NCBI GenBank assembly: GCA_965285935.1
Contig: OZ260664.1
Coordinates: 69,564,001 to 69,628,000 of the forward strand
Source: Ophelia neglecta
Lineage: Eukaryota
Reading direction: 5' to 3'
Length of the DNA: 64,000 bases
The position numbers and the translations under genes were made by a program. Below are positions 1 through 14,156 of this stretch, in pieces (the stretch's first letter is position 1; every line of letters starts with the position of its first letter). The notes under the pieces are model-generated. The model made no database searches. It was not told the DNA's origin and worked only from the letters and a program-made list of their open reading frames with translations.

Positions 1-40
1 TTACAGTCCCTTAGGTGGTCTCAATTCACAGGCTTCACTG
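1..40. mobile_element. Right end of a Tc1/mariner-pogo-type MITE (truncated by the window edge)
   Basis: Ends ...cacaggcttcactg followed by TA, matching the ends of the copies at 48145-48314 and 49473-49650. Confidence 0.6.
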
Positions 41-399
41 TATATTGAATTTTATTTTGACAGACTTGAAACAAATGCGATAAAAGATTAAAAAAAAAAT
101 GAAAGGAAAATAAACACATTAGAGAGATAAAGTGTACTGCCTATAAAACAGGCATCACTGATTAAATAGTTCCTTTCACGGCGTCTCAACCTCGATGGTG
201 AATATACAGCATTATTAACGGCATTTCATAGCCATGCAAAGTTGGCATATTTGACATACCCGACGCACTCAAACAATGAACACAGTTTCTTTGATAAAGT
301 TTAGCTCTCAGCCCTGGGGTGAACATCGTGGAGCTGGACTACTCTAATTCCGTTCTGCTCGGCCTAGCGATCGAATTAACTATTGGCTCTTATCACAAC

Positions 400-2300
400 G
401 TGTTTACCTGTATCTCTTAAAACGCGCACTGTATTCACGGTACATCAGAGTACTTGAGCCAATTCTTGTATACATGCGGCATATTGATTTTATCTGAGCA
501 CTGGTTTTACCCATGTGAACCCTACATATTAGCAGATTTCTGGGTAGTTGGTAAAATAAGCAATCGGTTCAGTAGTCAAGATTATGGCTCTATACACCGG
601 CCATGGAGGGGTCGCATTGTTTTGGAGAAAGTCTTAGCACGGGGTGACTGATAAGGCAATAGAAAGTGACATGGAATTATGTCTTATTATTTATATCTGA
701 AATCCTGAGTACTTATGGGTGATTTGAATGTCCACTTAGGCCCTGAGTACGGTGCCAGAACTTGGTGAGTAGGCCTATACAGATCCATTTTTAGCACTTT
801 TAATGGGGCAATGATAAGGGCAAATTGTACCGTGACCAAAGCTTTGTTTCCCTGTGGCGGCCCTATATATACCTTCTCCAACACAAGAGAACATACATCA
901 TACATCGATCACCTGCTTAATTGTGTCAAACCAACTTTTTGGCTCAGTTGAACAATGTAAAATACTGGAGGAATGCTTGACCACTTCTGATCACCCCTCA
1001 TTAAAGGCAACAGTACTGGTTATTGGTCTGAGGAGAGGTATTCCCGAAACTGGAGCAAGTGGCCGAATGAAATGGGACAGACTTACCAATAATGACATTT
1101 CGGTATCGTCAGTAGAGGGGTTCCCTTGCAAGGAAATTTAGCCAAATCATTCTCTCGGAATGGTCTCAACACCGTTAAAGGCTGGTGGAATGCAGGGAGA
1201 CTACGCCCAGAAGAGACAGATGTATTTGTTTACGAGATATTAGAGATCACGCGAGCCGCTTCTAGCACTTCAATACCGTGTTCATGATACCAGAAACATG
1301 TCAGCACCATACTGGAACCAGTGTTTGTCTAACCAGAATAGAGTTTAGCACGCTGAAAGAGGAGGCAAGCCGGAGAGTCGCGGAATCCCATAAACCCGCT
1401 TTTCCTCGCCTATAAAGAGGAACAGCTACTCTATAGGAAGAATAGTCGAGCGGATCCACGAAATAGACCAAGAAATTAAGAAAATAAGTTATTATGTTGC
1501 AGAGAGGTTGATTAGAAATACTTCTACTACCTGGCCAACAAACGTCTGACTGGCCCAAACGGTCCTCACTTTCCCCCGTATTATCCAATAGCGGATATCG
1601 ATGTAGTGATGTCTAAGTTGTCTTCCTTGACACGCAAAAAGCTTTTGATAGAGTATAGATAGTAGGTCTGTTTCATAAACAGGTGTGTTCCAGGGAGGGC
1701 GTCTCTCCATGAGACTGTACCAGGTGTTCCCCGCCGGGTTACTGGAAGCCCTGGAGGCTGTAGGATGTGCGGCCACTATCTACGGACATACAGGCGGGAA
1801 CCCTGCATATACTGATGATGTGGCACTCTTCGCATTTCATCTTGGCGCAATCCAAAGGCTGTTAAAGTCTGCACAAAACCATAGTAGATAATGGCATTTA
1901 TCATTTCAGCCCGAAAAACAGATCTGGTAAAATTCAGTGGAAGTGGAAAGCCACTGAGTTCAATACCAAAACCTAGATTTGAGATGTGTGGTGTAACTGT
2001 CACTGCCTCAGATGGATGATCATTCCAAAGACACCGATACGCCACTTGGGATGTGCCCAAGGTGGATGATAACTGCTTACAGACCTGCGTCTCTCCCTAA
2101 TTGCAGGACATTGGTAAAAATTATCGCGGGAGAAGCGGGACTGACCAATTTTGCTTGGAGCCGACCTAAAGTCACCCAAATGAGCTTGTTAACCGCTTAA
2201 TGTCGATGAGGAAACCGAGGTACATTTCCTGTTCCGATGTCTTCGTTTACTCAACGAACGACGTGTCTTAGACAACGCTATGTCAATGAAATCAACTACA
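400..2300 (+). mobile_element. Degenerate, internally deleted non-LTR retrotransposon (LINE) ORF2: APE endonuclease, reverse transcriptase, C-terminal CCHC knuckle; possibly RTE-group (RTEX/Proto2-like)
   Basis: Motifs in the correct order across frameshifts and stops: ILSEHWF (~487-507), MGDLNVHLG (715-741), YTF...SYIDH (to 912), TSDH (983-994), FLDTQKAFDRV (1623-1655), VFQGGRLS (1685-1708), YTDD (1808-1819), RHLG (~2040-2051), ETEVHFLFRC (2211-2240). Clade assignment is inference. Confidence 0.85.
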
Positions 2301-5300
2301 TGTCCTTTGAGCTGCTCCCCATCAGACGATATGTCATGGGACGATAGACGCTGTCAGTGAATACTTGGGTGTGGCTAAAGATATGACCGGACCACTGTTG
2401 TCGTTTAACGCACTGCTAACCACTGTTGTACACACAGTGTATCTGTCGAGAGGCTAGGCACTACATCAGGGTATCGTACCGAATGGAGCTTCGTTTACTG
2501 TGCACACTTGGTTTCACTTATATGTATGAATGTAATATAACATATACAGTCATACTGATATGATAAATTGCACTGTGAAATTTGTCAGCGTGGATACCAT
2601 GATTAGTGGTTTTGGTACGCTTATGTTTATCTATTTACGTATTTATATTCAAATACTCATAATATTATAATGTATTCTTTTCTCTTTTTACATTCGTTTC
2701 ATTTATGTGTTCAACTACTTATTTGGTTTCCCTTTTTGCATTTATATACCACATTATAGTCGCCGACAAGTCTGTTCTCTCCCATGAGAAGGTATAAAAC
2801 ACACATATATATAAATATTATATGCTTCTCGGTGAATATATAACGAAAGTTTTTTTAAGCACAATGTTCGGTAATTTCCTAACGCAATTTTTTTCTTGAG
2901 CTCTGGCTTTTCTCTATTCCGTTGACATGTAGTTTCATGCTATTGAATAAACATTATATAACACTTTGGGCCATATAGGCAAGTCTGCCTGGTACCAGCG
3001 ACTGTCTGTTCGCCGTATTATGTGTTATAACCCAATAAACAGCCACAGCAGTCCTAGATATAATGAACTTTCGTACCTCGTTTGCATCAGAACAAAACAC
3101 TCAGAGACAATACTAAATGCATCGAATGTTTTAGCTATTACCATCGTTATCGCAAATGTCTATAAGTCGAATACCTTACTCAAAAAACATTGCCCTAAGT
3201 ATATCATTTGATCATGATAGGCTAATTGATGTTTATTAAACGTTGGACCTTTATAAATATCTTTGGAAAATCATATAGGCGAGTAATTGACACTAGTGCT
3301 TAATTACACTAATTGTAGTGCTCACGTAATGGTCTTTTGAAAGCATGTGCGCTCAAAAGTTTATCTTTGTTTTGGTATATTAAAACTTTTCAGGAAGCGC
3401 AAGCCTTCTGTATTAGACGAAGTTACTTGGTTTACTTACTTGCACAATTTTCAAATGCCATTGACACTATTGCTATTAAATAGGTAGCTCACTAGAAGAG
3501 ACAGGTTATATTAGTTCAGGAGCGACTGTCCATGAATTAAATATAGCTTATTTAACAATTGAGCATGGATCTATTTGTATCGAATACCGTATCATGCTTA
3601 GCTTATGATTATAAATATCATCATTCAATATATCTTCTTTGGGCAGCAAAAGGTCTAATCTATTGTTAATGACCGGAAAGAGATAAAAGAACTGTTCAAG
3701 CAGGTGGGTGTGCACAATTGTTTGATCTTTAGTTCGGTAGCATTATCGTTGTTTTATGAATGACATCGATTGGCAGCCTTTGACATACACATGCTGTCAT
3801 ATACTTTACATTAACATGATTTTCCAGAGCCAGTCGGCATCTGTATTTAAACCTTCTACATATTTGTTTAATTGTGTTCGGAGAACGTAGAACAAGTAAC
3901 ACAAATGACAATACCAGCTATCCACTCCTTCATGCATTGAAATATATCACCGGAAGCCAAGAACTTCAAGGTGGTCTTATCTGGATAACAGCTTCTTTAA
4001 ATACGGCGCTTTTTAACTCAGTTAGGCCTATATTGCCAAAATATATTATTTGGATTTCCTGGTAGAGTGAACACGCTAGTGTACACGCACGTTTAGAACT
4101 ATAGGAATATGACTGCTCATACTGATTAAACATTTAGCTTTACTCATAGTCTTGTGCTATGAAGATTATTTAATTTGGAGCCTCTTATTCATTTGCGAGG
4201 ATAATCAATCTAACATTATTTAAAGATAAGGTCACATATCATCGTCATCGTATGTTAACCATTGGCTGCTTTATTAGCATCAAGGTAGGTATCCACTAGA
4301 TTAGCTAGGTATTTTTAATAGAAGTGCAAACTTCGATGATTGTTTGCCCCATGCCTCGGTTACATTTTCAAAAGTCTAAAGTAACTAACAACGACATTGG
4401 AAAGAAATTATAAAGGACAATTTGGATCAAGGAGCAATGCCGATATTTCACCAGGTAATTTCTGAAAATTCACATAAAACCCTGTTTCTATAAAAAGCTA
4501 AAATGAAATTAGTTTTAATTATAGGGAACGAATTGCCTTTACTAGTAAGTCGACACCGACCACCGTCCCCTGTCAAACACGCGATTATCTAGTAATCTTT
4601 CAAATAGAATTCATTGCACCATCATTCTGGTCTTTGCAGTACAGTCATTGCAAAGTACGGTGTGTAATACGCAATGCGCATGCGTCCTAAACTAATGGGC
4701 CAAAAACGTTTTGTTTCGTTTACCGGATTCGACAATAACATGAAATGATAAAGTGGATTCTGCTCTAGAAGGGTATCCACTCCCGAATTATTAGGATTTT
4801 CATTTATCATGCACATATATGCCATATAGGTGCGTTTTAAATACTACTTGAAAAGAAAAGCTTACTAAAGCACAATTGCCTACCATGTTTTTTGCATATC
4901 AAATTTGATGTAGATCGCTTTCATGAGTGGGTTGGAGTTTGGGCCTACTTCCTGGAGGCAATGATGTATGAATTGTAGTTCCTGGTAATCCAATAATATT
5001 TGTTCCGCAGACTAAATTCCGAGGCTTCTGCCTGTGCGCAAATTATCACTACTTCGGGTAAGCCATGTACCCTGTTATGTCCCCTGACCCTGAACGTTTC
5101 AATGAATGGATTGCATATTGATTGAAAGAAGATGCCCTAATTGTCCTGTAGGGCTTCTAAAGACCACCAGATAATCAGTCCCGTCTGCTACTTCTGTGTT
5201 TTGCGTTTTATCATTGACCGTGAAAAGCGCAGTTACAAGTGATAACCCCATGTGTAATTAAATTACGATTTCCATATCGTAATGCAAAAAAAAACGAATT

Positions 5301-7876
5301 TGCAACTGCGTGTGTTTGGTGGTTCACTGGCCAAATGTATATATTGACCTACTGTCTAATGAATGGAAACAAAGAGAAAATTAGTCACTTTATTTCGGAT
5401 AGAGGCTGTGAAAGGCGCGTCTTATTTGGATTATATATTGATAGTATTAATCTAATGAACTATGCAGAGGTATACCCAATAATACCAAGTGAGAAGCAAT
5501 ATATTTCATTGCGAAAACTGGCATTTAATGTTTATGTTAACGTACTGGCCGCATCCTAATTGGGAAATGTCAATCATTTAAATTCAGGTTTACATTGTGA
5601 CCACCCTACCAATCAAATTAGCCAACAAGACGGTAATGAAATAACCTCTTATTTCCGGAGCAATGAGTAGCTCTACGCATTTGGACAAAGGGATTAACGG
5701 TTTTGCAATTTGACCAAGTTAGTTTGATTGACATCTGGTCATCTACATCTCATCATCTTTACGCCTTATTACGCAATCAAAACTGATAAGAGCGTCCTCC
5801 GCTAATAGCCAATCACGCCAATACCCAGGCAGCCGCAAACGAATTGGGTCAGGCTTCAATTACAAAAGTTCTTGCATTATTGTGTTTACGCCCTGAAACG
5901 TCATTACAGTTGACAACGCTAGTCTTCGGATGAACTATTTGTCAAGGCTTCTCGAGCCGGGTTTGTCGGTGCTACTTTTTTGCTTTTTCTACTCCAGCTA
6001 ATTGTTTTGATCACGTTATTAATTCAGCGTACAGACAATTTTGTTTCATTTCTGGACGGTGACTAAGCAAAGAAATTCATTCGTAATTGATCAACTGTGC
6101 TACCAAAAGGACGAGCAATGTTTCCAATAAATCGCATAACCAACGGCTAAAAAACAGTGATGTTTGGCTGTACGAAATAAGGTTAATCATTTCATACCTG
6201 GGCGTTTGATTTCATTTGCAGTTGGGTATCAAATGATGTCGGTCTAATATAAGATTATCAAATTTAGTTAACATACTGTATGGTTATATAGGCCCTTTAT
6301 ATGTTTATCTCAGAACTGGACACAATATTATATATATTTACATGTTATGAACCGTCTTGCTGCTCGCACATAGATAGAAAGAATATTATTATTTTTTGGT
6401 TTGAACACATTGTCAGCGTCTATGAGAATGTACCATGATCCATGAATGTGCAACGGGCGATAAATAATAAAATAAAATGGTCGCTAAGAAAAATGAGTTT
6501 AATATAATACTTTTCTTTATAGACTGGTTGCTTTAGCTTTATCCACTTACGGTAGGATCTCCGAAAGTTATAAATGCCAAGTTGCACATATCCAAACATA
6601 TGGTACCGCCGCAGTAGGGGAATGAACTCTTGTCAGTTCGCAGCCGGATGGAGACACCTTGTATAGCAGCGAGTTTGTCCTGACCACCATGCGTTCATGA
6701 TTCATTTTCAGTTCACCTCTAATCTGTAACGCTATTTTCAAAGATTTGTCAGTAGCTAACGATTTCAATAAACATATATACCTGCATTTGCAAAGAGTCA
6801 AAAGTCTATATAAATCCACTAAACCAATCTGGATTCACGAGGAACCGTACTGCATCATGCGGTTATGAATAAAAATTGAAATGTAAAATTGTATTTATTT
6901 TATTTGTAGAATATTCATTGCTGTGTATACGATAAAGCATAGGAAATATTCCTTTGCACCAGAAAGACTAGTTTTACTTTAAACACCATCTCTTTGGTAA
7001 ATAAAAAACTTTGCTATGCAGAGTAAAACCGACAGTTGTTGAACCCTAAACAAAATAATTGAAGGGTGAAATCAAAGATGATACAATTCAGTACGTAACT
7101 CGATATATATGAAATTAATCATGCCTTGTCTGAAAATGACAGGAGCATAACGCGTTGTTCAGTTTAGTTAAGGTTTCTCTCTCTTGGCAGACAAACAACA
7201 CGTAAAAACGGATATTCTTGTCGCATGCCTAACAAATCCCCCATTTCACGTCACATTTTATATGAAGGGTCCGAGTGTCAATTATTTCGGATCTGTGTGC
7301 ATGCAGTGCGTGCATTAGAGATTCGTTTCCTGGTTAGCTGTTCTCTCAAACGATCTATGGTGACAGGTGGGAATTATACCCGAGACATCGGGCGACTTGA
7401 TGAGCATTCTTGCGACGATCCCACTCTGAATGTGATTAACTACATTGAAAGTGGTGCGAATGTATTCCTGATTTGAGCAATTGGGACGCAAGTCACGTGG
7501 GATGTAAACATTAATGCTGTCCCATGGTCAACTTGATGGGTTAGTTGAGTCATCCTGCCAGCTACTATTTTGACAATTGGGTCATTAAATATTGCCACCT
7601 ATCACCAATATGAAAATCGCACTTAACGTGAAATACCCATTGACTGCAGTGATTGGTACAGAGGGAACATGGCTCACTCAGTTTTCAGTGTACGTGCGCA
7701 TACGCTTTTATGAGGGCTGCTTAGACCGCCATGGACCTTCCAGGAGTCGTACACTTAAAACTGTGATTCCTGAGGGTGTTAATGGGTCACCGAAATATAG
7801 CTTGTTTCCCGCTTTGTTTCTAAATATTATGTTTTCTGATTCATACTTTAAGCATTAATTGGAGTCGGTACCCGGC

Positions 7877-7985
7877 AGACAAAGGAAAATCATTATTCAA
7901 GAGGATTTCATTAAGAAGTTCGGAAATCATCAGTAACATGCAGCAACAGGCCCGCAGATATTCAACTCTAGCTCCCAAACAGCAA
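7877..7985 (+). repeat. Dispersed repeat, copy A (~110 bp)
   Basis: Aligns co-linearly with 55485-55604: agacaaag..aaatc, ttcg(g)aaatcatcag.aaca.gcagc.acaggcc, and an identical tagctcccaaacagcaa. Confidence 0.7.
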
Positions 7986-10460
7986 TGCCCTTCTAAAGCA
8001 AATATAAGACAGTAAATAATCTTTTCATTAAAATAAAGAATAAAAACATGAAATGTTGCATCACTTGCGTTGAGACCTTTTTACACATTTCCAGTATGCG
8101 AATTAAAGATAAGGGGGAAATTTTTTTTAAAAAGGCAAAACATAAATCAAAACAGGACATTCATCTTGACAAAACCTCCAACGTGCTTACAGTAAATTGT
8201 AAGTCATGGGTAAAAGGCATAACAGGATAGGTAGAACAGAGACCAGTTCCCCAAATAGGGTCTGCTCTCACCGATAAATGACTGTCACAAGCAGCTAGTA
8301 CAAATGTCAGCCCACAACATATCAAGCACAAACAGCGGCAAGCTAACATAAACAATCCTTATCCCGCAGTAAATTTAATGCAAATAAGGATATAAAAACA
8401 AAAGGCGCATAACACTGGCAACGAGAGTCAACAAACGATTCATTGGGCTAATTTGGGCAGAGGTGAATTATGCCCCAAGAGAGTCTATGGTGGTCTTAGC
8501 TCTGTGATAATTATAGAGATGAGATTATCACACAACAAGAGTGTTCTTTTTGTCGTAAAAACACTTAAACCAATATGTGGAGGTGACGAAAGTTTTACTA
8601 TAACAGACACTCTCTCATATAATTAACATATCTCTTTTTGTTTCAAAATAGTATACATTAATATGATCTTGAAGAAAAAACAAATTATCATTAAAAAATT
8701 ATTTACCCCTGTACCAATTCAATGCTGACCAAAGCGTACAAGACGAGGTTGCAGGGCTAGAAATCGAAGCCATGTAGCTATATGGAAAAAATGGCATTTC
8801 AAATTACATTATTTAATCTGCAAGGAACGTATGAATGAAGTATGCATGAACCGTGACAACACTTGTTTTCAGCCGGTAGAACATTTTACGTTGATTTCTG
8901 CACTGAGCTAAAAAGGCGTAACCCGATTCTATTTTAAGCCGAAAGCACTTTGTTAATTATTTCCTGTGGCGCGAATGCTCAATGAACCAAATACTGTTTT
9001 CAGATGAAAATGTTAGCAATTAGGAGAAGGCAACTAGCATTAAATTACATGCAGCGAATATTATCACTAATACAATTTCATAATGCATTTGTTTATCGGC
9101 CTGCGAAAAATAGAACGGAAGGAAATAGTGATTAAGTCCGTAATTATAAAACCTTTTCAAATCAGGTTGAGTCAATCAGGCAAAGAGAATGCTTAAATTC
9201 CGGATATTAGGATAAATATCAATATTCTGTGCTATTGAAATCAATATAATGTTCATGAATCGCTTGATACTTTGCTTCACTCCTTTCAATATTTGATAAA
9301 TTTGGCATCGCAAGCTCGCAAAACTTGTTTCATATTATGTTCCATGTGATAACTTTGATTTACTGTTTAACATAATTCTGAGCCCTTTACGCAGCACGGA
9401 CAGCGGGAATAAAGATCGTTTGGATATTCATATAGTAGGATAAGTTTCATTGACAATAGGCTTTCTTGAGTGGTGAATTCAAGGTTTCCATCCCAACAAA
9501 TGCAATGTCATAGTAGTTACATAGTTTTTCATTTAGTGACTGGTGCCCAGGACAGAATCTCTAGGCTAACCTTTTAAATTGAAGTGACTACGGTCCACCG
9601 AACTATAATAACAACTTATAACATATCGAGTTTGCTAAATCAGCGTCAATATCGAAACCAGTATTTATTACAGATTATAAATATAGTTTCTTCGATGTGC
9701 GTTGACTACCACCAAAAAGTTTCTGCCACCCTCTTTCCTTATGAGATCATACCTTTGGCAACTATGGCTTATATTAATTTTAACATTATTACAAAAGACC
9801 AGTTAGAAAGTGACAAGGATTGGTGTTGATTGCATCCGAGGCAATATTAAAAACATTGTCGCGTTCCATTGTCTGGGTACTGCCGTCCTGTATGATGACA
9901 TTATGCAGTGATAATGGTTATGGGATGAATGAGGATTAGTCAATTTGTATTAGGACATTCCCGGCATGCAGGTGGCTAAGAGAGTCATCACGAATTCGTG
10001 ATTTACACAATCCGAAAGGCTGACGTTAAGACGGAATTTATATCCTCGATTATCCCTTGGGCAAGCAGGACACGACCAAGACATTCTTTATATTGGCAAA
10101 AGTGCCTGCATCATGGAGTTTTGGGAAATAAAAACACAACGAAAGAAATAGAGGTGAAAAAAGACAGATGTGATGGCAAACCTAATTATTTATACACTTC
10201 ACATGTTTTATTTGCGCTGCCATATGAAGGGATGGTTTCTAATTTAGGACAGAGACTATCGTAAAGTGAGTAAGGTCCACCAAACCCATCAGCGTCTTAA
10301 TTTGTTCCAATGACAAAGATGATCATCCATCAATTGTAATGAGCAGGCAATTCAATCCCACCGTGAGTTATTTATTCCCTAGACAACAAAACAATATAAA
10401 TAAAGAGTCTGTAGCAGGCACTACTAAATCTTATTGCTCAAAATTATGGGAGAGAAACTA

Positions 10461-10483
10461 TTTTTTTTTTTTTTTTTTTTTTT
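10461..10483 (+). repeat. Poly(T)23 tract
   Basis: Direct reading; could be a retroposon tail on the minus strand. Confidence 0.9.
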
Positions 10484-13400
10484 GGTGTTAGATACTGTTT
10501 GCACTACAAATTATAGGCAGTCTTTACTGGAAGTGGGTACACTACGGAATCACCACTAGGCTAGGCCGAAGTGTAGTGACTTGAACAGTTGCAACCATAT
10601 GGTTATTTCAATCATGACGGCTATGCTGCATCTTGATTGCCGCACAATTACAAGACCATAAGGAATTACAAAAAGGAAAGTTCTTGAAAGTAGTGGCAAC
10701 AGTTTTTTTTCCTTGTTTGTCCGAATAGCTTGTGAATTGGCTACGACGGGGATTCCACCAACGGGATTGGATACCCGACAGGGGAAACAGAGGTATTAAT
10801 CAGGAATTCATTGGTCTAAAAATGTCCAGAACTTTCAGCTGCATGCTTACAAATGTATATTCCTTGTTTCCCAAACCACTAGTAATTACGCAACAATAAG
10901 AGTAATGAAAAAGGTACAATTGATGTCACCGGAACCGGACAATATGTATCTATGGTGGAGCCAAGCACAGTTTAATTAACGAGCAAGAGACAAGGTATGA
11001 CAGTGTTGAAATGTGCGACGAGTGTATTATGGACAAAGCTCTATGATACATGAGAACTTATGTCGCGGAATCAGACTAGCAGCAGAGAAGGTTGTTAAAG
11101 GTACCTGGAAATTATTAAAGAGGGAAAGAATATCGCTGGATTGTCTGCGTATGGAAATTTTTTCACCTCATTAGCACAGCTATGTCTTTTAAGATTTGAG
11201 AATTTTCTTGTCAGTTCAATTAGCATCTGAACAGGTGATTTGTGTGTTGAAGCGGAAAAAATTGGTTTTACTCATCGAAGATATATCACACGCCACATGC
11301 ATGTTAGGAATGAATACACTTTCGTCGAACGATGGATATAAATGTTATTCCAGTGATATAAAATTCAGCAGGCAATGGTTGTACTTTGAAGTATAGAAGC
11401 AGAATACTTTTCTAAGTTATTAATTCATAAATATTCTCCTGCTGTGCTAGAGAAATGACTATCCAAAAGAGATTTAATATAGACCCGGTTGTGCCCCTCT
11501 GTCCTAAGTATGAAGGGTATGTCCAGAGGGTGTGGGCAACATAGTAAACTCAGTTTGACAGACTATTGCCCATTAACCGGACAGGTTGCTGGTCTAGATT
11601 TAATACCAACACACACTAGTAGTCCTCAGTATTGCTCAAACTGGAAGCAATCCCGGGAAATGTATGTGCCTGATATTGTTATTGACAGACGTTCTACCTC
11701 ATCGTAAAACTTTTATGACCAACTGGTTCCAAGACACTTAATGCGTAAAAGGAATGAATTAACATATTTTGCTACTTAATAAAACCGTTGGTCTAATTAG
11801 CTCATCAATTTTAGGTTCAGTTGCTACGTGAATTGATGAGGAGTCTGATCATAAAGACATATTTCAGTTAGGGTCGGTAATTATGACACTAATGTTTCAG
11901 GAAGATAATTACGTGTAAAGTTGAATGAAAACAAAAAAAACTGAACGCAGTTAGTTCATGTGTCATAATTCAAGAATTTATAAAACCATTATATAGTGTC
12001 GCTGCAAAAAGATAAGTGCTCAGAACCATCATGTTTGAAATGATTGTTGAAAGCACTAATATCCATTCATATAACTTGTGATGTAAATCGACTGTATAGA
12101 CCATTTGCTGTTAAATGACAAATACTAATTGCACATTTTGAACGCAAAAAACACACGGCATCAAAATTGACAATAAGTGCCATATGTTATTAATGCGTAG
12201 TTTGTGGTATCTTAAATCAAGTTTAGGAAATGTCAAAAAAACACAATTCTATCGTGAAGCAACGAGTCATTGACGGGCTGTGAATGCTATTGGTTTCGCA
12301 CGGTTTAATTACCTCTAAACTTGCATACAAATAAAGTTCACATTTTTTTTATCCGAGCACTGACTGCCTAGTAGTATGTTGCAATTGCATGGAAAATAGC
12401 TATGTCTAATGAATGGCTATACCTACGTTTCGATGCCATCAACTATTCGATATTTAACTAGTAATGGTGACATACATGGGTATTATGCTAGACATGCTTC
12501 CTAGCTACTTGTTCTTTTGCCTGCATCTGCGAAACTGCTTTAGAGTGAATGCTAAGAGTGTTTTGTGGAACTAATTGTCATCCAGAAGTGAACATACATG
12601 AAGCACATTAATGTTTCTGGCAACTTTGAGATCTCATCTATTAATAAATGAAATTCAACTGCTACCCGTGCTTAAAAAACTGGTCAATTGTACTTAGTTA
12701 ATATTTGTTTAACTGTTAATATAATAATTAGTTTTGAAATAAACTCATACACCGTCTACAATATTGTAACAAAAAAAAATTAGTTCATTATTTCCCATCA
12801 TAAGTGGACTCATACTGCTGTTTTGTAGCCTCGTCTTTTCTACTCCTGTTAATATATTTATACGTTGTTGATAGTTGAACCAACTGTACGTGTAAGTCAG
12901 GAGTAATAAGTACGTATGAGTTGAAAATGATTTCATTGAAATTTTATGGGTGCCGTTGTTAAAGCCTTTAAGGTTTTTTTGTACGATCAAATCCATGTAT
13001 GTTTCGTAATAGAAATAGTAATAATTTACTGTTGTTTCTCGATGAGACGAAATAGAATTCTGAACACCATACAGGATATTTCTGTGCGTGGTTTCTGTGT
13101 TTGCTAAAACAGTCACTTAACAAAATGCAATTAGGGCCTTTCGATTGCCTTGCTTGGAATTCAAACCTTTAATCAGTCATTCCTTTTTTCCTTCATATTC
13201 AAATGAGGGTTATAAATGTCCATCAATTTACGTTGAAATGGGCTTTGGTGATGGGGCTCCTTACAACTGAAAGAAAGGGCATTTGTCCTCGGGGGTTCCA
13301 AATGATTTAAAGTAACAACAGCAGAAAGTTTGCATTCCTAATTTAGTCGATTCAATTGTTTAATTGACTCTGATTCGGCCTAGTGAAACTAGCAAATCTA

Positions 13401-14134
13401 ATGAATGAATGTTTCATTGCCTTCACGGTGCCAACAATACACTCATATCTTGTTCCAATGAATCGTTCCACCCGATTATTACTTTATGGTTAACTTAATG
13501 ATAAATGCCCTTTGGTACTTAGAGAAGTGAATGTCTTGAATTTGCCGGCATAGGAAGAAAGTCTATTACTTATTCCGATTCTACAATTGCTCTTTGAATG
13601 CATTGAAAGAAATAACATTTGCTAGGGACCCATAAATCTGATTTTGCCAAATACATATACAGGTAACCTTTAATGTCAAGTTGTGTAATATATTTACCCT
13701 CATAAAAAACACCTTTCGAACGATTGAAGTCTGAAAGCGGGTCCAATGTACAATGCATAATAATGCAAAAATACTAATAACTTAAAATGATGTGTTTAAA
13801 ATAAAATATCAGATTTGAACGTAGAAGCGGTGTGTTTACAGTGATTATCATTTCGACAAGATCTCTAATAAAAAGCATTGTTAACAACCGAGCATTAGAC
13901 TGGCTGCTCCTGTCTAAGTCGATTTTCTATAGGATCACTAGGAATCCTGGTGACAGAAGGCGAGATGAAACAGAACGGACGGGTCAAGTGATTTAAGTAA
14001 TTTATTGTTGCTCCAGGAGTATGGACACATAAACAATGATTATGAACAGAATATTAAAATAACTCAAGTACTTACTGGAACAGTGAGAGTGAGATCCCAA
14101 CAAAGGGATATAAAGCATCTCTTTAGTGACACAA

Positions 14135-14156
14135 ATACATACATACATACATACAT
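14135..14156 (+). repeat. (ATAC)n microsatellite
   Basis: atacatacatacatacatacat. Confidence 0.85.
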
